NCBI RefSeq assembly: GCF_964355755.1
Contig: NC_092679.1
Coordinates: forward strand, 22,675,432-22,739,431
DNA: 64,000 nucleotides
DNA from: Antedon mediterranea
Taxonomy: Eukaryota > Animalia > Echinodermata
Direction of reading: 5' to 3'
Shown here: positions 43,687 through 54,112 of the stretch, piece by piece
Layout: the number at the start of each line of letters is the position of its first letter
How positions within the stretch are numbered: position 1 is the first letter of the stretch
The notes under the pieces: generated by a model
What the model saw: the letters and a program-made list of their open reading frames with translations, nothing else
Database searches by the model: none
Told to the model about the DNA's origin: nothing
Position numbers and translations under genes: made by a program

Positions 43687-44646
43687 TCACCCCGTTTTAT
43701 TGTTTGTAATTTCAAGGCGTATTTTCTTTATTGGCGCAATTGATGACGTTTGTGAGGTCATCCACTTGCTTTGTAAAATGCTTTCAAAAGTGGCGCGTTT
43801 TGTGACGTTTACCATCAACATCGTCTGAATGACGTCTTGGCAGTCGTCTGAAGGCGCGCGCAGTCTAGCGAAATAAAGCGGCTTTGTTTGTGCGGCGACT
43901 ATCTTGTGTACGTCTTTAACGTCATCGCCAAACGGCATCGTACCCGTCGTGATGACGTAACAAACAACACCCAATGCCCACATGTCGCTAATAAACGGAT
44001 TATACGGTATGGATTGGATTATTTCTGGTGCTGCGTAAGCCGCTGAGCCACAAAACGTTTCACTAAACAAATCACCAGTTTGCATCTTCTTGCAGAAACC
44101 AAAGTCGGTTATCTTAACGTTACCACTGCCGTCCAGCAGTAGATTCTCGCATTTTACATCCCTATGTGCGATGTGTAGCTGATGAAGATATCGTAATCCC
44201 TCAATAGTCTGTTTAATCCATCTCCTAGCTAACCCTTCACGTATTGGTCCTTTTGATCTCATCTGAATATACTGCAAAACGTCCCCGCCACTTACATACT
44301 CCATCACCATGTAAATATTACGATTCTCCTCAAAATATTTAAACGTTTTTACCACGTTTTCATGATTCAAACTTGTAATAATTTCTAATTCACGAGGAAG
44401 AAAGTTCTGTTGGTAATCGTTCGGAGCTTTACGACGATCGATTATTTTCACGGCGACCGTTTTCATTTCTTTTTCCACAACAGCTAGACGCACTCTTGAG
44501 TAGCTCCCCTTTCCGATATGGTCGCCCAAGCACATGCCGTGTCGACGAAGAACCGCTCGGTTCGAACTTTCAGCAGGAACTTTCCCACGATTTGGCCAGT
44601 TTGAATTTCCTTTCAAATAAACTTGTTTTACCAATGGTTTCGACAT
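43687..44646 (-). CDS. Testis-specific serine/threonine kinase (TSSK family), intronless, 319 aa
   Basis: IGKGSYSRV, VAVKIIDRRKAPNDYQQNFLPRELEI, HRDVKCENLLL, TDFGF, ETFCGSAAYAAPE, DMWALGV. KCEN and FLPRE are TSSK hallmarks; the paralog cannot be assigned by eye. Confidence 0.93.
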   Translation of the reverse strand: MSKPLVKQVYLKGNSNWPNRGKVPAESSNRAVLRRHGMCLGDHIGKGSYSRVRLAVVEKEMKTVAVKIIDRRKAPNDYQQNFLPRELEIITSLNHENVVKTFKYFEENRNIYMVMEYVSGGDVLQYIQMRSKGPIREGLARRWIKQTIEGLRYLHQLHIAHRDVKCENLLLDGSGNVKITDFGFCKKMQTGDLFSETFCGSAAYAAPEIIQSIPYNPFISDMWALGVVCYVITTGTMPFGDDVKDVHKIVAAQTKPLYFARLRAPSDDCQDVIQTMLMVNVTKRATFESILQSKWMTSQTSSIAPIKKIRLEITNNKTG

Positions 44647-45335
44647 TTTATTTCAGTCCAAATATAAAATTCATCTAAAATTGAAAATACAGTAGGCCTA
44701 CATACAACAAACACACAGGTAAAAATAAAACCTCTTTCTGAATTTGGAACGCGCGATGGCCGTACGCGGCGCTATACAATCTTTGGTTGTTCTTGTCGCA
44801 TGTTGCGCGTAATTCAAAATCGCACACTTACTTTTTCTTCATTTTTTGTAAAAATGTATTTAAAGTTCAAAATAGGAACAAATTAGAATAGGGAATCTTA
44901 TCTGAATATTAATAATAATAGGTTTTTCATTTTTTTTTTCTGAAAAGTGACTTACTTTGGGGCAAAGATCGTATGCGCCAAGTATGCATACTTTGTAGCG
45001 CTAGTATCTTTGGTTTGTAATCGGCGGTGTGTTTCGGAAGCATTGCGCGTGTTTTCCATGTTATGTTACTATGGTATTCTGTAGGCCTGTCTCCTGTGCG
45101 TATAGTTACGTCATGCATTGTACGCGCCCTCTTCCCAGATTTTTGCGCGTCGTTACCAAGTACGTATCCATAGTACCCGATTTTATAAACTTAGAAGAAG
45201 TCGTACTAAAGCAAAGTTCTATGAGAAAAAGATAGTAGAAAACGAACAGAGACTAACTTCTATAAAAGGTGCCTTTCTGGAGAAAGTTAACATCCATATA
45301 ATTGAACTATCGAAGGTTGTTAGAACTGATTTGAA
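44647..45335. promoter_or_regulatory. Putative bidirectional promoter of the two TSSK genes
   Basis: 689-bp CpG-rich spacer between divergent ATGs; X-box-like GTTACTATGGTAT (45065-45077) and CRE-like TTACGTCA (45106-45113). Confidence 0.5.
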
Positions 45336-46571
45336 ATGCAGAACAGCAATACCTCCCCTGATAATGTTCAGCAAGAAGTAAGACCACCACCAGCACCAGC
45401 AGCTGCACTAGCAGAAACAGCACCACCAACAGCTCCGCGACCACCAGCCAGACAACCGTCGCCAGCATCAGCCCGGCCTACGGTTCCTCCTAGCGTACAG
45501 AGACGCATCAACGAAGAGGCGACTCTGCGGAGACGAGGCTTTACCATTGGACATGTATTAGGGGAGGGGTCGTATGCAACGGTATGTACATCCTTCTATG
45601 ATAAAATCAACTCTAAATGCGCAATGAAGATAATTTGCCGTCGAAAGGCGCCGAAAGATTTCCTTCAGAAGTTTTTACCAAGAGAGTTAAGGATCATCCG
45701 TAGAGTACGACACAAAAACATCATTAGCTTCTATGACGTATTTGAACTTAATAACAAAGTGTTCATAGCTATGGAGATCGCTGGACATGGTGACCTTTTG
45801 GAGTACATCAAACTCCGTGGAGCACTTTCAGAGGACAAGTCTAGAATATTTTTCACACAACTTGTAGATGGCGTTGAATACATGCATAGACTTGGAATTG
45901 TGCATAGAGATTTAAAGTGTGAAAATCTTCTCTTAGACGGTCGTAACAACATCAAGATAAGTGACTTTGGATTTTCCCGCGAATTAAACCCAGGAGATCT
46001 GAGCAAGACGTTTTGTGGTAGCGCTGCTTACGCCGCACCAGAGGTTCTTCAAGGTACTCCGTACCATCCGAAGGCTTATGACGTCTGGAGTATGGGTGTG
46101 ATTTTGTATATAATGGTGTGTGGATCGATGCCGTATGATGATTCGAATATTAAACGCATGATAAAAGATCAGACAGAGAAAAAGCTGGGATTCTCGAGCA
46201 GACTTAAGTTAAGCAGTGACACCAAAGAACTGGTACTTAGCGTTTTGCGAAGTGAAGTAGCGCGACGTTATACTATACTCGATATACGCCAACATCCCTG
46301 GATGAAGCCTATGCCAGTATCGTCGATATGTAGCACGTCAGGCGTGAAGACAGGTCCGCCATCGTCACTATGCCATCCACTGCCGACGACAAGTGCCCAG
46401 TGTGGAACAGCGGAACCACCGTACTCGACAGCAGCTTACGGAACTACTGCTGGTCAACATGGACTAGACTCGACAACGTCTGAATCTGTTTCCAAGCCGT
46501 CATCTTCAGCGCCACCGGAGAACAGTCACGCAATTTCAAGCGACAAGAAGGCGGCAAACGACAACAAATAA
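45336..46571 (+). CDS. Testis-specific serine/threonine kinase (TSSK family), intronless, 411 aa, Pro/Ala-rich N-terminus and Ser/Thr-rich tail
   Basis: LGEGSYATV, AMKIICRRKAPKDFLQKFLPRELRI, HRDLKCENLLL, SDFGF, KTFCGSAAYAAPE, YDVWSMGVILYIMVCGSMPYDDSNI. Confidence 0.95.
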   Translation: MQNSNTSPDNVQQEVRPPPAPAAALAETAPPTAPRPPARQPSPASARPTVPPSVQRRINEEATLRRRGFTIGHVLGEGSYATVCTSFYDKINSKCAMKIICRRKAPKDFLQKFLPRELRIIRRVRHKNIISFYDVFELNNKVFIAMEIAGHGDLLEYIKLRGALSEDKSRIFFTQLVDGVEYMHRLGIVHRDLKCENLLLDGRNNIKISDFGFSRELNPGDLSKTFCGSAAYAAPEVLQGTPYHPKAYDVWSMGVILYIMVCGSMPYDDSNIKRMIKDQTEKKLGFSSRLKLSSDTKELVLSVLRSEVARRYTILDIRQHPWMKPMPVSSICSTSGVKTGPPSSLCHPLPTTSAQCGTAEPPYSTAAYGTTAGQHGLDSTTSESVSKPSSSAPPENSHAISSDKKAANDNK

Positions 46572-46903
46572 AAAACTAACGAACAATTTAAAAACCAATG
46601 TTAGTAATTATTATGGCAATCAACCTTTTATTATTGTGATCACAAGAGAGTATTTTATGACTGCATATTATTATAACTTATATTAAGACAATGTTGTCAT
46701 CTCTATCGAATTAAAATATGTCCACAAAATTTGTGGTACTGTCTCAAAGAATATCATTTTGTAATAATTGTTTTATTATTTACGAACAACTCTCTAAACT
46801 CCAATACATTATTCAACTAACTTGTGTTTTATTGTTATGAGTCAGTCTAAAAATATGAATCGATAGGCCTATATTGTTGTGCATCATAATTATTATTGCA
46901 TTT

Positions 46904-46952
46904 GTATCTTGTGACCCTTCGTATCTTGCGACCCTTCGTATCTTGCGACCCT
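46904..46952. repeat. 17-bp tandem repeat x3 (GTATCTTGCGACCCTTC)
   Basis: Directly visible. Confidence 0.8.
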
Positions 46953-47899
46953 AACAACACCATCCTTCCTCACAACGCGTCGCTTTTGAGTCAAAAAGTC
47001 ATCCTCCGCATAAATATATGAGCATAATGAATTTTAAACTCACTAGTATGGTGCGTGTAAACCTTTAAAACACAATAGAACCAATAAATTGTATTAAGGA
47101 GGAACTCTATTAAGGGACAATTTCGAGGGGAATATGTTTTAACGGTCAGCACAATTCATATGGGACACTTGTATATTCTTAAAAATTACAATAGTAACAT
47201 AAAATAGGTGATAATTATTATTGATGTTGTTGTTATTAAATATTATAATAAATTTAAAATAATTAATTTACGAATAAAAGTATAACAACAACAAAGTGAA
47301 AAGAAAGGTAATAGAATAATGGATGGTGGAGATGACGAACGATGATGATGATATTGATAATAATTATAATAAAACATAGTATTTATTTTAATATTAATTT
47401 CAGATCGATTATAAAATTATTCACTTTCCGAATAGCGGTAAAAATACAACTCTATACAATATGCAAAACAAATCGTTTCGAATAATAGTAAGTGAAATGA
47501 TTACGATAAAATTGTACGGCGAATTTATACTATTAAATTATCATCTGTCGTTTGATTGCGTGTTAGATTTACCAAGCTCATTGTAATGTCTGATTTTAAA
47601 CATATGGAGAACATTTTAAGCCCAATAAAATTATCTATGGAATCTGATAGCTAGAATATTAATGAAAGTGACAGTTAACATCAGGGGAAAATGAATTTGT
47701 AAAACTCTGATTTTCAGAATAATACAATTACATTACATCATCCGCATTTCGGTTTGTTATTTCACCCGGAATCCGCTCCCGGCGACAGCAACATGCTTAG
47801 TCTTATAATCATTATTAGTTGTACGTGATAGTTTTAGGTAAATTATTCAAAACTAAGATTGAAACAATTTATTTAACAACAAAAGTGACAGATGTGTCA

Positions 47900-47913
47900 G
47901 TTACCATGGAAAC
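47900..47913. promoter_or_regulatory. Consensus RFX X-box GTTACCATGGAAAC
   Basis: Matches GTTNCCATGGNAAC; a GC-rich patch lies just upstream at 47740-47792. The target gene is unknown. Confidence 0.4.
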
Positions 47914-48118
47914 AAAACAACTCGAGAGAAAATGTCATAATGGTTGTAAACGTACAGTTATACACATTCGTGTAATCCAACGTATATTTGTAAGTGCATT
48001 GGTTTTATGTCCGATTATACAAGGGTATAATGCATTACGTAGTAATATCAAAATTGCGTACAGGGTATAACACGTAAACATCGTTGACGCGTAAACGTAA
48101 ATTAGAAGTACACCTGAA

Positions 48119-48235
48119 AGCTTGGTTCCCACTAGGTGGCAATTACGTAATGACATTGCAAGTAATTTGACCAATTACGACGCGATGGGTCAAATTACTT
48201 GACGTTATTGCGTTGCGTCTAATGAGAACTAAGCT
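48119..48235. mobile_element. Harbinger-type MITE family B
   Basis: AGCTTGGTTCCCACTAG...CTAATGAGAACTAAGCT; homologous to 32795-32906. Confidence 0.7.
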
Positions 48236-49410
48236 TTAACCGTAAACATCGTAAACGTAAAAACGTAGCACAATAATCAATCACTTGTGAACGTCTGAGC
48301 AACGGTTTAATTCATCTTATGTAATTAAAATGTCTCTCTTTCGTAACGTTATGGGCCGTAAGTTAAATGCGTATAACTTCCTCCGTTAATGTATTCAGGC
48401 CTGTACTTCGCTGTACCACCACCTGTATGTGAGTTTCTGCTGTACCAGATCATACCGTAAATTCTTCAACACGCTAGATACGTTATCTTCCTTTATAGTA
48501 ACAGGTATACATTGGATTGTGCACATACATTTAGTGCGTTTTACTCACGTAAGCCTAACCTTGATTCATACAGGTAGGTCCTAGCAATAATACCAAAATT
48601 AAATGTTATTATATTTGGATTATAATGCATAATTGCAGACTTTTATGGCCGACGTCTGTCGCAAAAAATAATGTCAATTAGTGTTACATTCATCTGAATG
48701 ATGGATGAAACTAAGCCAGGACTGTTAAAGCACCTTGATATGGTCCTAACATTGATCAAGGATTCTCTTGTCCAGTGCCCACCTGGCCAGATTTAAAATT
48801 ATAATTATAGTTTAAACAAAATGTCCACGGCGTAATTTTCATTATATTTTTAAATGTTGACTCTTTATAATTATTTCATATTGTTCTATAGACATACAAA
48901 TGTCAGTAGTATAACATGAGGTCTCCCTGCCATGTTGCTTATTGGATGCAGGCCTATGATTAATATTGGTTGATGGTGATGTGACGTGTGTGTGCATTGC
49001 GTTAAATAAACAGAAGAATCGCGTTTCAATCAAACAAGTGAATATGTGTGTATTTAATATGCGTTATGCAGCAGCAGATGAAACGCGTTTCAGATTTCAC
49101 GTTTCACCAATTACAAATGGATAAACAGGTAAATTAAATATGATGTATGTATGCGTTACGTCAACGTAAACATTACGTCCCGCTTACGTTGACCAATCAT
49201 AATGGTAACATGTGAAATATATTAACGTGTGTTTTTAAAAATAGTGTGCGTACCAACGCATCAAAAATCACGTAGACTGTTTTGCTATTAAAAAAATATG
49301 TGTTACACCAGTGTAACTATATATGCGTTAATCACGCAATAATGATTTTGTTCAGGAATTCTTACAATGCTTTGGAACCAGCGTTACGTATCGCGTCCAA
49401 ATTACGTAGG

Positions 49411-49649
49411 CTAATCGGTTATATTATCTTTTTTACTCTTGGATGTATCGGCGGCTACTAAGTTGGCGGTGCTACTTATGCTTGTGTAACTCTCTGCTGA
49501 GGCGCTGGACATTAGGTCCGTGTTCTCGTCGTGACTTGTTCCGTAACGTACATCGTGCGTAATAGAGCTCAAAACGAGACTGACTTCCGGTATCCTGACA
49601 GCTGTGTCAATAATTAACAGCAGAGAACTTATTGCAAAGAGTAAGTACA
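49411..49649 (-). CDS. Putative terminal exon of an unidentified membrane-protein gene whose upstream exons lie beyond the Helentron
   Basis: Strong acceptor TTTTCTTCCTTTCAG (49650-49664, minus strand), GC content above the flanks, open frame YLLFAISSLLLIIDTAVRIPEV...KKDNITD* (one hydrophobic helix plus polar tail). Confidence 0.4.
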
Positions 49650-49964
49650 CTGAAAGGAAGAAAAATACATGGTTTAGTATAATATTGTCTAGAGCAGACA
49701 GTGTAAACATTTGGGTAACGTGTTTTATAAATTGATTACTGGTTTTCGTAACTTGGTTAATGGTTTGTTAGTGGTTTATAACCGGGTTAGTGGTTTATAA
49801 CCGGGTTATCAAGTCCTTAATCGGTTCACGTGTTATTTATATGCAGTGGTGGCGTTTCTAACCTGTACAAACCTAATAGAACGCTTCGCATTGTTACAAT
49901 ACAGTTATTAATTGGTTATCCGCACTTGGCGGATAACCCCTTGTTATTGTCAGGATCTTTTTTT

Positions 49965-51170
49965 TTGGTTATCCGCACTTGGCGGATAACCCCTTGTTAT
50001 TGTCAGGATCTTTTTTTTTTTTTTTTTTTTTTTTCTATGTTCTTCTTTCTTTCCACGAATTTTGTTGGTCGTATATCTCTAATTTTGGCCAACATTAGAT
50101 TGTATAACTTTGTCATAAGATTGACCTATAGCTGTAGATGTGCAGCCAAGCTTTTGGACGATTTCGGAGTTGCGCAGCGTAAGTTACGCGCGATTTTATG
50201 AATTTAACTGATTGATCATAGATTAAAAGCCAAAAGTCATTTTGTATTGAAACTTGGTGAAAATTTAAGTCATATCATGCGCAAACTTTCTATGGATTAA
50301 AAATGGCAGGTTGCGCAGAAAGTTACGCGCGCACGCGCGTTTAAAATTTCAAAATGCGAAAAATCAATTTCTAATCAACTTTCTACGCGTTTCAGGTCAT
50401 TTTGAGCATTTCAAAAATTCCCACACGTGCGCAAGTTTTTAACGCGCGCATGCGCACGTTGCGCAAAAACATCTTTTTTTTGCTTGATTTTATTTTTTCC
50501 TGTCTTTTTTAGTAAATTTACCAACTTTCAAACAATTTTGACTTAAAATCACGTCATACGAGCACGTAGAATTGAAAAATTTGCTCGCGTTTTTGAAGAA
50601 AAAGTTAAAAAATTCGTGAAATTATGCCTTTTTAAAAAAAGTCATAGATTCTAAACTACGTGGTAAACTTTTTTAAAATTACATATTCTGGAAGTAGATG
50701 AGTTGTAGATATCGAATCATGCATGAATATGTCTAACCGGACATTGTGACGTCATCGTATGGCCACTCGAATATAAATTATAGGATTTTTGTCTCTTTCG
50801 TCATAGCTCATCACATTTAATAGAGCGCATCTCCACTTATCCGTATTCCATTGCCCTCAATTTTTTTATATTGTCTAGGTCAATCAATTATCTTTCGCAT
50901 GATTCACCATTTAAAATTTTTTATGACGTCTTTATGTGCAAAAGCGTCAATAACTTTTGTCACTTGTTTTCACCTATACTGCACTGTATGTAGTACGTAT
51001 ACAGTATATAGTGTATACTGTATATACTTAGATGTGACACAAAATAGAGAGCGCACTGAAATTGTTTCAATGGCATAATCGTTTTTCTGTGCGCAATATT
51101 CTAACGTATGACGTGCACGTGGCGTTTTCGCGGCGGATAATCTAACTCGTCCGTAATAACGAATTAAAAT
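49965..51170. mobile_element. Non-autonomous Helentron derivative (HINE/DINE-1-like), ~1.2 kb
   Basis: Starts with the same hairpin (49967-49991) plus T24; ends with sub-terminal inverted GGCGGATAA (51132-51140) and a weak stem-loop TCGT..ACGA before AAAATTT. Its core (50035-50200) is homologous to 51187-51355. Confidence 0.75.
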
Positions 51171-52843
51171 TTATTTTTTTTATTTTTCTATATTCTTCTT
51201 TCTTTCCACGAAATTTTTCCGCAGCGTATCTCAAATTCTGGCCAACATAAGATTGTATAACTTTGTCATAAGATTGACCTGTAGCTGTAGATGGCAATAA
51301 GCTTCGTTAAATGATTTTAGAGTCGAGCAGCGCAAGTTATGCGCGATTTTATGGAATTTATGGTTGCTTTTAAATTCTCAACACAAACTTTACGTGTATT
51401 TCATAATATTTAGCAACTTTTGTCATGATAAAAATGGCTTGCTACGCAAAAATTACGTAGAAATTGAATAGAGCAGATTTGAATTCAATTACATATTTTG
51501 TCTATCTATGTCATGACGTCATCATATGGCCAGTGGAATTCAATAAGTCAGATTAGAGCGCATCTCAGTTTTATGTTTCCAAAATCCTTCAAAATTGTAT
51601 TAATTATTTAATAGATAATTAAATTATATAACATATACAGTATATTCTGTAATATGCTGTCAGCACTGTAACTATATTTATGTCATACTCATAGGATGGC
51701 ATATTACTTGCCAGCGTGCCCAACATTCTTCAACTTCTAAGAATATAATTATTTAGATAATTATTCTATAAAGTTCTTACCTTCATGTTTTATTTTAATG
51801 ACGTCATCAAGTAAAAAAAATGTAAAATTAGAATAAAAATATGGGTCTCGTAATATTTTGTATGCTTCACTGTAATATATATTAGACGTATGACACAAAA
51901 TAGACACAATTCATTAAAATCTCACTTCTACCTACCTGAATTTCCTCAAAATGTCAACATGTTGTTGCTCAGAACAATTTTCCTATCGAATGCTGTTTGA
52001 TCATGCTATGGGGTCATGCTAAGGTAATAGTAATTGGAAAGGTGGGAGTTTTATTTGTTTTTTTCATATTTCATTACTTCAACATATTACAAATCTCAGT
52101 TGTACCTGCCAAATTTCTTTTTTAAATTAAATGTATTATGTTCTCGCTGAGATGAATTATTTTCCGAAAATGGACATACCTTTATGTTTCATTTTTATGA
52201 CATCAAACAATGTTGTTCCCGTAATTTCAGTTCTATACACCAAAATATACTACAATACAACCAGTTACATGTGTGAATAATAACAATAACAATTTCTTGT
52301 CTTCTCTGCTCTGTGATTTGATCTGATCAATTATCTCAGTTACCAGTGAAACTTGCTCCAATAGATATAATATTTCTGATAAAACTAATATCACCACACC
52401 ATAACTGTTAAAAATAATCTTTTATTTCAAACAAAATAAAAAAAACACACAAATATGTATAAAGTCTGTGTATTTATAAAAGCTTACATTGGTTATTGCA
52501 AATTGCACAAAATTGTTAACATAATAATTATAGTAGGCTGTTTATACTATACAGTAGTTCATGCACACGTTGGTGATCAGTAATTTTACTTAGTACATTA
52601 TATACATGTTAATTTGTTAGTTGTGGATTTATTAAACACATATTTATTGATCTATTTATAGAAGATTGTTATTTTTTAACAATAACCATTAATATGATTA
52701 ATAATTTAATAATTTGCCGCGTTTAGACAAATGTTATTAAATAGCGAATGACTGCATTAGTGACTGCCTAAAAATTCGGATCCCATTATAATTAAAGAGA
52801 TGAAACCATTCCATTGTACACCTAAAAACCAAAACAAAATGAA

Positions 52844-53972
52844 TTGATTATTCTTGCAAATGAATAAATTGCTGTATAAGTAATTTCATGTGGACCTGCA
52901 TAGATAGAAAAAAAAACTGAAAGTATGTATAGACCTAATGAAGTATTGGTAATCGTATAAAACAAAACGTATTTTCTTCTTCTGTAAAATGTAACTTTTT
53001 ATTTTTAACATTACTTGAATATTGGTAGATATTGAAAGATTATTATGTGCACAGATTGCAACATTGCATATTCAAATTCAGAACAATATTTATAATAATA
53101 TGACTCATATAAAAACAAGATTAAAATGTGTTTACTCACCAGATATTGTTTCTCCTATACAGGAGAATAACATGGTTGAAGTTACACATTATTCGCTGCC
53201 CCTCGTGCATAGATAATAAATTGATTATTCTTGCAAATGAATAAATTACTGTATTAGTAATTTCATGTGGACCTGGATAGATAGAAAAAAATTATTAAAA
53301 ACAATTATACAACTGAAAAAGTATGTATAGACCTAATAAAGTATTGGTAATCGTATAAAACAAAACGTATTTTCTTCTTCTGTAAAATGTAACTTTTTAT
53401 TTTTAACATTACTTGAATACCGGTAGATATTGAAAGATTGCATTTTCAAATTCAGAACAATATTATATAACTCACATAAAAACAAGATTAAAATGTGTTG
53501 ACTCACCAGATATTGTTTTCCCTATACAGGAGAATGACATGAGTTGAACTTACATATTATTCGCTGCCCCTCTTGCATAGATAATAATTGATTATTCTTC
53601 CAAATGAGTAAATTACTGTATTAGTAATTTCATGTGGACCTGGATAGATAAAAAAATAATATAAAAAAACAATTATACAAATGAAATTATGGATAGACCT
53701 AATGGAGTATTGGTGATCGTATAAAATAAAACGTATTTTCTTCTGTGAAATTTAACTTTTTATTTTTAACATTATTTGAATACCGGTAAATATTGAACAA
53801 TTGTTATGTGCACAGATTGCAACATTGCATATTCAAATTCAGAACAATATTTATAATAATAACTCACATAAAAACAATATTAAAATGTGTTTAGTCACCA
53901 GATATTGATTTTCCTATACAGGAGAATGACATGGGTTGAAGTTACAGATTACTCGCTGCCCCTTGTGCATAG
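52844..53972. repeat. Three tandem ~370-bp units downstream of the Helentron ORF
   Basis: Units start TTGATTATTCTT.CAAATGA at 52844, 53221 and 53588 and end in TCGCTGCCCC..GTGCATAGA-like sequence. Confidence 0.92.
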
Positions 53973-54112
53973 AGAGTCATAATTATTTTCAGCTTGTTTT
54001 TATCAAATTGGGTTTTTTTTCATGATTTCCAGTTCTATTTTCAATTCTTAAAAAGTTTTTTTTATAGTATTCTATTCTGAATTCTATTCACAGAAATATA
54101 ATTCCAAAACCA

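Noticed and set aside
45731-46006. 91-aa antisense ORF in the TSSK gene
   Set aside because: Shadow frame of the kinase domain.
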